DNA from: Chrysomallon squamiferum
Lineage: Eukaryota > Animalia > Mollusca
Length of the DNA: 64,000 bases
Assembly (NCBI GenBank): GCA_012295275.1
Contig: CM022674.1
Location: 8,494,001-8,558,000, forward strand
Reading direction: 5' to 3'
Within the stretch, counting starts at the first letter, position 1; each line of letters opens with the position of its first letter. The notes beneath the pieces were generated by a model, which saw only the letters and a program-made list of their open reading frames with translations, searched no databases and had not been told where the DNA came from. The translations under genes and the position numbers were made by a program. Positions 13,928 to 26,400 of the stretch are shown piece after piece.

Positions 13928-16900
13928 ATGGCGAATGTGTCGCCTGGACAAACACGCAATGAAGTGCTGATTCCAAATGCTAGTGATGGATTGGGAAGAA
14001 TTCTTTCAAAACCGGGCTATGATCCCGAAAATTGTAAGATTTCCATTTCAAATGACAATTTAAAAATATGCAAATATGTCATTAATTGCCTTTAAGTCAT
14101 CCTTATATTCTCAGTCTGCCCCTCCCCTCTGACTAGTGACTGTCACTGTCACTTTGTTAGAGTCAGTGTGTCTGCACTGCCTTTAAGGTTTTATACTAAT
14201 TATAAAAAAAAGAAAAAAAAAAAGAAGACTTTTCGATGTTCATCTATTCTAGTGGCTTATAAGGAACATCGGGCAGTTACAATCACAGTATGATAAATAG
14301 TCTTTAATTAAGGTTTTAATATAATTATAATTTATATTTGGAGAAACATCGAAACGTCTGATTAATTAATACTGTTTGTATTTTGTTTTGGTTGAGGTTT
14401 CAGTGATTTGTATGTATCTGAGGGTTTTTCGTTTGTATATCTGTATTATTTGTGGTTTATGTATATCTTTTAATGATGTAATCTAACAGAATATACAGTA
14501 AATAAGCATGGGTGAAATGGGACATGTCTTCTCCATTGTTGTGTACCTTTTGCCGGAGGTTTAAAATAAATTATTGATTTTTTTAAAGTACATATTAAAA
14601 AAAAATGTTGCGATAATGCTCATTAAATCAGATCTTTATTAATTATGAAACTGATAAAATTATAAAAATAAATGTTTCAGATAGGCATTGTAGAAGATCT
14701 AATTTTCAAAAATTACACTTAATACATTCGGTTGTAATAAAATTATTTCACTGCACATTTTCTCTGAATATTTTTTTCTTCTCATTTATTTATTTATTTA
14801 TTTATTTATTGTTTAGTTGTAGCAAAACTGATTGAAAATGGACAGGATTCTTTGCTGGACATGAAGCAGACATTTCATATCCTCAGTGATAAAACAGCTC
14901 AAGCACTGAAGAAAAATGTTTACAAGAACTATTCCCAGTTTATTGAGACTGCCAGAGAAATATCTAGTAAGGACACTAACAATGATTTTTACTCCTTCTT
15001 AATTCTTTTTATTATGTTTAATTTGCCTTTATTTCCTATCACTAGGAGTTTGAGTGTGTCTATATGTCTTCTCTGCCAACTTTTATTTCTTCATTTAAAA
15101 AGCTAATTATTCTTGTTACTTCTTATTTGTTCATTTCAGACATAAAATACATTTCATTGCTTTGTATATAAAGAAAAAAGATAAATGAAGGTAATTTAAA
15201 GAATATTAATAATGTTATTGTTAGTTCCAGTTAGTTGCTTGTCATTAAAGACTAATATTAAATTCTTTATAAAAAATGCTTGAGTTAGAAATGTGATTAC
15301 AGAATTATTATTATTTTTTTTTTTTAATTTCGAATAGGAATTAACTGTTTATTTTTTTATATCATTTATTTATTTTTTGAATTTCAGTTCTGGAAGGTGA
15401 GATGTATCAGCTGAGCCATATGTTGACAGAGCAGAAAGGGTTAATGTCATCCATGATGGAAATGTCTTTAGTTAGTGATAAAGGTAAGCAACCTCTTTCT
15501 TCATTAATCCTTACTCATTTGGAAGTGTAATATATTAATTATTAAAAACGAAACTTCAAGTTATTTTTGGTAATACATTTAATCTTATGTTTCACTGATA
15601 ATTTTTCAGCTATTGTGGAAGGACCAAAGGAAGAGGAAGAACAAGAGAATCCAGAAGAAGAATCAAAGAAAAACCTTGCTTTTCTGCTGGAGAAAGTTGA
15701 AGGATGTTCAGTAAGTGAAAAGTTAATCAAATTATAGTGAACAGATTATGTGAAACTTTTCCACATTCTTCTTTTGTGGACTCTAATTGTATGTCAGATG
15801 TTTTAAGCTGTTGTAAAATTAGTGACTCATCTATAAGCCTAAACATAATAAAAACAGTTTGTTTTTTTAAGGATATTCTTCTAGTATAATCTATTTATTT
15901 ATAAATAAATAAATTAAAAAACAAAACAAAACACTTCTAACTTTATATTATTATTATATTTTAAACAAGATTTATAATTTTTTAATTGAATTATTTTTCT
16001 TCAAATATTATTATTATTAATTTTTTTATTTTTTTTTTTTATCTGTAACTAAATTACTTATTTCAGCTAGTAACTGAAGTTCCGGGTCGGCAGCTGGTAC
16101 ATGATGGAGATCTGACTGAACTCGATGCTACGTCTTTCAATCCAATCCAACGAGTCCATGCTTTTCTACTCAACGACAGTCTGATGGTGGCCACATGGAT
16201 CCCAAACAGGTACATTATTTAAAATTATTTTTATTATTATTTTTTAACACTAACATTTTATTTTTGACACTTATTTACAATTATTTAAAAATGAAATTTG
16301 CACTGTATACTACAGAATAAAAATTGGTGTTTCTTAAAAATACACTTTTAATTTATTTTAGATAATTTTTATAACTCTGCCTATATTTACTGTTGTAATG
16401 GGTAACTTTGATTGTAAATAATACACAAAGTGCTAAATATTTTCCTTTTTGTTATAATTTAAAAGATCCACTTTATAAGGACTGTCAGTTTTTATTCTTA
16501 TTTGTTTATTTTCACTTCTTATTATATAAATTTTCTATTATTACAAATTCAGTCTGACATGTTAAAAACAATGAGCTATTTAAATTTTAGGAGAGGGCCT
16601 GTGCGTTACCGATTCCAGGGTTTGTATGAACTGGACAGTCTTGCAGTGGTCAATGTGAGGGATGTTGGTCCAGTGAAGAATGCTCTGAAGATTCTCATGT
16701 TTCCTGAAACACGGATATACCAGACAGACAGCACTAAAGCCAAAGTATAAAAATATTTACTGAAATGTTTAAATCATGTTACTCTAAGTAAAAATATCAC
16801 TACTAAAGCCAAGGTATAAAAATCTATTTAAATTATTAAAAGTGTTAAAACTAAAGCCAAGGTTCTTTTAAATTATATATAAAAATATATTGAAATTTCA

Positions 16901-19900
16901 AAAAATAACCAGTTTCACTTATAATGAATTTTCTGTAAGAAGTATTGTTTATTATTACTACATTTCTTATTGATTTTAGCAAAATATTTTTTGTTTAAAA
17001 ATATATTTGTTTTTAAAGCGTCAATGGCTGGATATTCTCGAAGATACAAAAAAGAAGAAAGCTGCCAAAGAAAAACAGAAGAAGGAAGCGGCCATTGCTA
17101 AGAAGGAATCAGAATTTCAGGCTGCAAATGAAGAAAGCGTAATAGAACAGAAAAATCGTAGGTTTTATGTAAATCAGTTTAAACTTCCAGTGTTTTAACA
17201 CAAAAGAAAACATATAACATGAACAAAATTATGTTTCTTCTACATTAAATAATGATAAAACTGGGAAATAATGGTTATGGAATTTAACATGTTTGTATTA
17301 ATTTATGTTTAAAGAAGAGTATTTATCTGTTTACCTTTACAAAGTAGAGTTAATGTATTCAAGTAAGATCATACTAATAAAAATAATGACACTGATATCA
17401 ATTTTTTATATATTTTTTTATTACATATGAAATAGCATAATTTACACAAACAGTGTTACTTTTTTTCAATTATATAAAGAATGCTTTAATGAATTAGATA
17501 TAAAATCCTGTATCACTGAACTCTTCTCTCATTATTTTAATTTTTTCTTCATTATTAACAGCTTTTGAAAGTGAAGTTGAACCAGAAATTGAAACCCTGG
17601 ATACTGAAATTCTCAGTGTTGATTGGCTGCAAGAATTACCAGAGGATCTTGATATGTGTATTGCTCAGAGAGATTTTGAAGGAGCAGTGGACCTTATGGA
17701 GAGAGGTGAAATAACAGAAAATAATAATTAAGAATTTATGATATAAAGAAAGGCAAACCACTGATTTACCAGAACCTTTGGGTTCAAAGACTTTCAAATG
17801 ATCAGTTCTTCCAGACCAAATCAGCTCACTTAATAGTGAATTAGTTACAAGTTCATTAGTACTGACTGTTTCAGTAAAATCTGATTATTAATTGAAATTA
17901 AACATATTAATTGTATTTTAAATTATTAAATGAAATATATTAATTAAATGGTTCAGGCATGGTCAGTAAATATCAGATAAAGATTTGAAAAAGAATAATG
18001 ATTAAAAAAATGAAATGTAATTGAAAGGGATTTCAAATGCTTAGTCCCAATTTTATCCAGTTTAAAAGAGGATCTGAACCATCAGTGTCTGAAAAATTGA
18101 TTGTGATCCTGTATATATGTTATTCATTATTTTCAGAAAACCTTAAATTTTAAATTTCATTGAACTATTAAAATAAATTAAATAGCTTTCAGCCTTAATT
18201 TAATAATTATTGTTTTCTTTTATTTCAGCCAATACATTTTTGAATGAATGTCCAAAATCACCAGCTGTAAAAGAATTCAGGTAAAATTATTTTTAGTCTA
18301 CTTCTTTATCTTTTTCTTCTTATTATTATGACTCTTGTTATTATTATTGATGTTATTGTTGTTAATATTTTTCACTCCTATTATTATTCCTATCATTGAT
18401 ATTGTTATTATTTTATTAGTATTAATATTATTGTTGTTATTATTGTTATTATTAATATTTATATCATTATAGTTATTATTGTTGTTAGTATTTTTATTAT
18501 TATTATTGTTATTGTTATTAACATTATTGCTGTTTTATTGTTGTTGTTGTTGTTGTTATTGTTATTATCATCATTGTTAGAGCTCGAATTGACCACCGAG
18601 TGAAGCAGTTGACTGATGGGTTGATGTCGGAGCTGCAGGTGTCACCCGAGCGGTCCCTGCGCGGAGGCCCACGCGCGGCACGTCGGGCTGTTGCACAGCT
18701 CATCAGACTGGGTAAATCAGCCCAGGTACACATTGCCTTGATTTCATGTTGAGAACGTAGTAAATATGATGTTTAAATATCTATGAGTGACAGAAATATT
18801 AAAAAACAGGATTTTAAAATTTGGGTGTTCAGTAGTTTATTGTTATAATACAGAAATGTTGATATTTTATTTTAAAAATGTGTCTTTTGATAATTAAATT
18901 AAGAAAAATATCTTTAATGATTCTTAACAATAAAGTAAAATAAAAAACAAATTTCTAATTTAAAAATAATATTTTAGTATTTCAAAATATTTACTTTAGC
19001 ATACACATTGTAATAAATGAGATAAATTTTGTTTATTCAATGCAGGCTTGTGAATTATTTCTGAAGAATCGAAGTGCAATTATAAAATACAACATACGAC
19101 AACTGAAATTTGAGGGGACTACAGCTCTCTACATCCGATGTCTTTGTGGTGTGTTCTTTACCAGCCTGGCTGAAACAGCACAAGAATTTTTAAAAGCTTT
19201 CCCAGAACATTATGGTTGTTATTCAGGTAAACATTTCCTTTAGTATCTCCATAGATCATGCCTCCAAGATTTTTAATACTTCACCAATATTCATAGTAGA
19301 TTGTTCATTTGAATTCATTGATTATAACAAATTGTTACTGTTATTTATTTCAGCTTTTGTTGTTTGGTCTAAACAAGAATTACAGTCATTTGTTGCAACT
19401 TTTTGTCGCCAAGTTTTTGAGAGTAAATCTAGTTTAACTACAATAGCCGAGTGTGTGCAGATGGCAAAAGAACACTGTGATGAGGTGAGATATATTTCTG
19501 ATTTTATAGCAAGTTTATAGAGTATTAATCAACAAAGAAAGGGATAAAAATAATTTTTCTATTAGTTGAAAATGTAAATAATTTAATGTAATGATATTTC
19601 AGTGATGTAGAAATCTGTTTATGATTAATTTTCAAAACTGATAATTTCAAATTACATCATTTAGTTTTTGTGTTTGTTTTCAGCTTAGTATAATTGGTCT
19701 TGATATTAACTTTAGTCTGTTGGCTTTATTGAATACACCAATGTACAAAGTCATAGAGGAAACTAGAGATCAGCTGATAGATGGCATCAAATACAGATCT
19801 CAGGTAACAGTGGAATTATTATACTGGGATTGTCATTTTAAATAAAATTGATGTCATTTATCCATAATCCTTTGGGGCAGACTGTAAATAGTTTACAGGG

Positions 19901-21500
19901 ATTATTTGAAAAGACAGTAGTCATAAAGGTGTAATATACAAATTAAATAAAAAATATTTGTACATAATCACAAAAAGATATGCTTACAGATTTTTGAGCT
20001 TTCTGATTTCAAATATTGTTGTTGAAAGTTTGTTGTTGAAAGTTATAAGGTGATTTTAAAAAAAGAAGAAATAAGTAATACTGCATCCAGTTTCATAGTG
20101 TTTATATTTAATAATATTTAATAGTATTTATAAATAAATTTATGTTTGACAAATTAGACTTCTAAATAGTGAGTAAGTAGATCAGACATATTCTCATTGT
20201 TACTGGTATCTTTGCATGTGCAACTTCCGTATTGCTGGGTTTTTGTCAATAAATAGACTTGTATGTCTTTTTTTTTCTCTGATTTTTCATGTTTTCCTTT
20301 GTTTCAGAATGACAAGTGGCGTCCTATGAACCATGCTGCTAAACAGAATTGTGAGAAATATTTATCTGACATGGCAGCTAGTGGCATGGACATGTTAAAG
20401 GATTATGTTTATGGTAATATTAAACAATGAAATCATTACGTCTATGTAAGATTAACAAATGAGAAATCAGATAATAAAGAATGTTAATTCATTTCAATAA
20501 TTTATTTATGAGATCAGTGGTAAAAATTAAAATTATTATTAAAATTTGGACTAGAGTAAAGAAAAAAATAGTTTTTAACAAATTAATAAGTAAGTATAAT
20601 AATGATGACTTAGAAAAAGTTAATAATATCTGTATTTATTTATCTTTTCAGTTCATTTTTGTTATATAAATAATGCACATGGAAAATTTTACTTTCCTGC
20701 TAGATTATAAACATATGTAACATATGTCAATGTATTTCTTTTTTTTTAAATTGTTTTGTTTCCATTTCAGATGAATGTTGGATAAACCTTACGACAAATT
20801 CAGTTCTATTTGCCAAGAGTTGTTTGGTTTTTGCTGAAGACTTGCTGAAACTGTTTCATGTTGAGCTAGAACAGTTCATAGCTGAAGCTATTGCTGCTGT
20901 TTTCAAAATACAAGTAACACACTTGCAGCAATCTCTTATATCAGAACATACTGAAAAAGGGGTAAGTTTCTTGAAAATAATTTCTACATGTAAGACTTGA
21001 TTGTAATGAAATACTGTACAATTCTCAAATTTTAATGTATCAAGCACAATCTTAACAGAGTAATATGACATCTTTTAATTTCATGTTATATTTTTTTGCC
21101 AGTTACTAAATACATTGCAATTTAGTAAATAACACTAGTGATTAGATTCAAAAATAATTTTATCTTTTTTAAAATAGTGTAGTTCTATAGACTCATCCCT
21201 CATCCAAAAATATAACTAAACAAATTGTGGGATTTAAAAAAAATAATTATTTCAGTTACAAAATCCCTCCAGATTAAATGTATGTTTTGGCCAAGTGCAG
21301 AAAGAACCAAATAGAAATTATGAAATGGATTGTTTTATTTTTTTCAGCAAAAGTTCATTCTGAAGAATGCACAATTTCTTTTGGAGAATGTTATGAGTAA
21401 AATAGAGGCAATGTATCAAGAACATGGAATTCAGTTCCCTGATGAGCTTACTGCAGTGAACAATGAATACAGAAAGCTAAAATCATTAAGTAAAAAATAA
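13928..21500 (+). CDS. EXOC8: Exocyst complex component 8 (Exo84), 16 coding exons (13928-14033, 14817-14966, 15388-15483, 15610-15710, 16067-16209, 16591-16744, 17019-17157, 17562-17705, 18229-18280, 18581-18725, 19046-19226, 19354-19484, 19684-19803, 20308-20413, 20771-20961, 21348-21500)
   Basis: LKKNVYKNYSQFIETAREIS, LLEKVEGC, PH-domain HAFLLNDSLMVA, WLQELPEDLDMCIAQRDFEGAVDL, SLRGGPRAARRAVAQLIRLG and ACELFLKNRS. GT-AG boundaries give consistent phases. Confidence 0.96.
17751..18113. mobile_element. Degenerate Tc1/mariner-type MITE remnant in EXOC8 intron
   Basis: Right end ...gatcCTG|TA with weak inverted similarity to aggcaaaccactgatttaccagaacc at the left. Highly diverged. Confidence 0.3.
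18300..18578. repeat. Degenerate (TTA/TTG)n low-complexity tract filling EXOC8 intron 9
   Basis: Read directly from the sequence. Confidence 0.85.
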
Positions 21501-23476
21501 GATTTTTACCAGTCTTACGATACTCACATTGTGTTGGCTTATTATTCCTGTGTTTTGAAGTAGTTACCCCAAATGGGAAATTATAATCTGTTAATAAAAA
21601 AAAAACCCACAAAAATGTGTTTCTCTCTATGATCGGAGTAAAATACTGTTCAAACCAGTGACTGGATCAGATGGGGAAAGCCCGAGATAAAACTTTATTT
21701 CAAAACTTTTCTTGAAGACATGCCACTTGTTACGAAAACTGTAACATGGTCATTGTTGATATTAAATATCTTTATTGTTCCTGAAGTCTTGTTTTCCTTT
21801 CACATAAAAGACTGATGTAGAAACAAATTTTCTAAATGTAATGTATCGCCACAAAATTGACAAAAATATTAATTTTGATGTATTTTTATTAGTAAGATTC
21901 TAAAGATGAAAATTGATCTAAACAAAACTGCAGTTAGACATGCCAGTTGAGCTGAAGAGAGGTTAAACTTAATTTTGTTTGCATGAAAATCAAAACATCT
22001 GCTGTAATTTGAAGCCATTTGGAAATACGATCTTTCAGATAAATGTGATTTTCATCTTTTGTTCCGTTCAGATTATGTATTTGGTTACACGCCATTTTAC
22101 ATTATAAACAAACATTTGTCAATAAAATATTTTCATATTGAATCTGTCAACTCCATATTAAAGATAAATAAAATATAAATGTGTGAAATAAAAACAAAGA
22201 CATTAATAAAGATCTGTCAACATTGATTTATTTACATTTTAAATTTTCAGTTTAATCACTGGCATCTGCAGACATACATTACAGGAAAAAAAAAAAAAAA
22301 TGAAATATCCATCACAGGCAGCATATGAATAGAATCCCGTTTTTTTTTTTTTTTTTTTAACTGCTTAAAAAAATGTTTTTTTTAAATTTTTTAAAGTCAG
22401 TATGCTTTTCCTTAGTTTGAGTTCAGTATAAACAAGAAGCTAGTCCATAGTCTTTACAATTCCTTAGCACATAATACAAATATCTATATATATATATATA
22501 TATTTTTTTTATATATATTATACTTCACATATATTGGGGTTTGTATGATGCAGGAAGAATGCAATCTTAAAAATTCACAAGAATTTTATCCTCAGCATAG
22601 AATACACAACAGGAAAATAATTGTTACAGAAATACTTCACATCATAGTGGTCACATTTCCCTTTAGCTGATGCATACAGATTATGCAATATAAATATAAG
22701 TTAAGTCCTTGGATATCAAAAACATGATTTATACCAATAAACTGACAATGGTTTGGAAGTCTCAATTGGTGCTGTAACAAATATATACATTTTTGTAAAT
22801 AATTTTATCCAAACCCGAACCTAGCACCAATAAAACCAAATACACATATGCAGTAGCTTATAAAGAAAATGCAACTGGACAAAGTTTGAGGCATTTCAAA
22901 TACAATACTGTGCTTTGCACAATAAACAAAACAGCAGATATTGTAAAAAGAAAAATAAAAAAAAGAAAAGAAAGAAATTGAAAAGAAACATGCATTCAAA
23001 AAGAGACAAAAATGGATATACTAAATAATAATATGCAGTCTAATATTATAAATTTGAATTAGAAAAGTTCATTTATACACACACAAAAATAAATCAACAC
23101 CCACAGTCAAACCCATCAATCTGATGCACAACCAAGTGCATTCTCCAATGAATGTTCTTGATGGGTTTATGTTTAGTTTTGTTTTTAAGGGGAATCTCCC
23201 CTAAATGTAACAATGAGAGAGTTTTGTCACTAGGTGACTTTAGAACAATCCCACCTGTAGCCCAGCCTGCAGCTTTATTTTATCATCACAACAGCGTGAA
23301 GAAAAGAAATTCATTTACACACATTTATGCAGTCAGTTTAATAAGAAGTAATTGTTGTCATCTATTAATTCACGCACAAGAAGGTTGCAATCAATTTGTC
23401 AATTTGTTTCATAATTTTATATTGCAACTCCAATAATAAATACGTTTGTCGAGGTTATACTATGATACTCCAAGAA

Positions 23477-26400
23477 TCAACTATCGTTTTCATCCTCCTC
23501 GCCCTCACGAAGCCACGCAAAGAACTGTACTACTTGTTTCTTAGCAACTCCTTTACCATCTACTTCAGCAGGGTCATCACTGTTTTCCCACTGGTTAAAT
23601 GCATCCTCAGATATTATTTCTTCATCATACAATGTATCAAAAAATGTTCGTAGAACTCCTAAAACAAAAGGAAACGAATGAATAGAATGTGAAGTAATGG
23701 CTGGCTGTCTGTAATCATTTCATTGTTTGAAATTTTTGTTATTATTTAACAGTTAACACAAATCAATTTTATACATTCAGACGGAACATTTTTTAATCGG
23801 CAGTTGACCTTTTAACTGAATGCCTTAAATTTGTGAAAAACATGAAATAAATTGTTTCTATTATATCGATTAAATTATTTTATTAATAAATTAAGATAAA
23901 TTTCTTTCCAAAATCAATCTGTCTTTTAAAACCTGACATTTAATTAATAATGTGCTAAGAAAAATATTAAAAAATTTCACAAATTTTTATCCATTGTCAC
24001 CTCACCAAAACAACAGATGTTCTATTTTCTTTCCAGGTTATCACTAACTCCTCTATCAGAAATTATCAATGTGTTATTGTAAGAGATAACTGAAATGAGT
24101 AACACTTATGTAACTAAAACTAGGATATGTGGTAACACTTAAAGATGACATTTATTTCATAATATCCTGTGTTCGTGTTGTGATCTGAATGTAGACTGAC
24201 CTGGTGGGTGTTCTAATTTGGTTACAAGAGCCTGTAATGCATACAGTGCCTGAAGTTCAAACAAAGGTTTGTGTTCGAGGTATTTCTGGAACAATGCTCG
24301 TCTTTTCCGTATGTTTTCTGGATCAACCTTAATGTTACCAGAACCTTTAAAAATGAAATTAAAAATGTTAAAAAATGTTGAACATGTGAAGCAATATAAA
24401 TTTGACAGTGATATGTTGATGAAATGTATTATCAATATATTCATTTTCAAGATAATATAGAAACCACAGACAGGTATGGTAAATAATATTAATTATAGTA
24501 TAAACAATAGCAATGACAAGGAATAAACTGTTGAACAACATGACATTGTAAATATATATTTTTTTAAATTACCAGAAATGGCACTTGAGCAAACAGCAGT
24601 CATCAAGGCGCGAATGAATTTAGCATCTTTAGTAGTTTCCTCAGACACATTTGCCTGAAAGTTATAAAAAATATTGCATCAAATCTGATTTAAAACATTG
24701 CATAACATTTGTCTTTAAATATTTAATGAATATTAGGCCTCCATCAGATTTATGAAATTGTAATTGGTTTTCCAAACAATTATGTTTCATCTCGTTAAAA
24801 AAATAAATAAATACAAATTTTTAAAAAAGTGCAAATTTCTCTTTGGTATTAATTTGAACGATAATTGTTTTTTATGAAAAGAAATCAAATCTCAGTTTTG
24901 GTTGATCAGTAATCCATTCTATGCTTACCTCAATCCAGTCAAATACTTTTTCATTATCACAGTCAGATTGTGAAAGTTGTTGTTTCAAGTCTTCACATAT
25001 AGCTTCAAATGAAAACTGGCTTGTTGGTGTACTTGGCTGTGAGGAAGGACCTACAGTAAATTCCAAATTCTGAAAAAAAAGAAAAAATATAAAAATAAAT
25101 AAAAACATCAATTTAGGAAGCCTTTTAATAGGTACCGGCAGGCAAATTTTTTCTGACTTTAATTTCATATAACATGCAAAAAAAAAATCACATAATGAAA
25201 GTTGTACAAAAAGAATGAAAACACACAAAACATTATGACTATCTCCAGCAGTTAAAAAGATATATGCAAATCAGTATGACAGGTATTTGGTTGTTTTTTA
25301 GCCCTGTTTTGGCTAATTAGCAGAAAGGGCTACTTTGGCCAACTGTAGTTTGAAAAGTAATTGACACAAAAGGCTTAAAATTAACAAGTGTGATGGGACC
25401 AGCTTGCTAAATGAGCTCAATTTTCAGACCTGTATGTTTGTATGTATCCACAATAACATGGTAAACATGCCAAAATCTTCAAAATGACACAGCAGAATGA
25501 TTAAAAGTGCAAACAGATACTGTGGTTTCAGTTTTTGTCTTATTTGACAAATTCAACCTGTGTTGTGAACAATTTATCAAGGTCTTTCAAATGACATACA
25601 GCTAACATTTGTAATAAAAAAAAAAATTAGTTTTTTATGCCAAGCCCCTGAAAAAAAAAATGACCTTTTCAATTTATATAGAACAGCACAACTTTATTTA
25701 CATAAGCAGCTTCAATTTTCACTATTAAATAATTGGTAGAAATAAGTTAAGATACTGTGATGTGTATATATCATATATATATATATAAATGTTACTTAAA
25801 GGTCTACAAGCATTTGATGTTTAACCATAATCCTTTGCAATACATAACTCAGCTAATCCTTGGAGTCATCTCCAGAAAGGTGAGACTAGAGGCAATTAAA
25901 GACACAGGTGTTATAAGCCTGCCATTTAAAACAAACATAAAAGAATTTTCTTAGCTTTGTACTTGCTGTGATTTGACAGCAAACAAAAGTTACCTATCAT
26001 CAGACCATTGATAAGATCTATCAGAGAAAATTTCAACAACAAGCAAAAATGTTTTAAAGCTGATCAATTTATGATTTTATATTTTAAAAAAAGTGATTAG
26101 ATTTTTTTTCAGCATTCCATCAATACCTCTGAATACATTGTTCTATTATGTTGTATAGTTTATGCTTATGATTCTTAATTCGACGTTTATCACAAGAATT
26201 TTGAAAGCAAAATAATCGACGGTTTTAATCTGAAGATATGCGATTTTGCTTTGCACGTGCTATAATGTATAGGCTAAATGAAGGAACATTAAAGAAAAAC
26301 AAACAACCAACAAGTTATTAAAAATATAAACAACATATAAATATAATCATTTTAAACAGCGCCAGACCTTTATAGCTGTACATAAAATCTACGGCAATTT

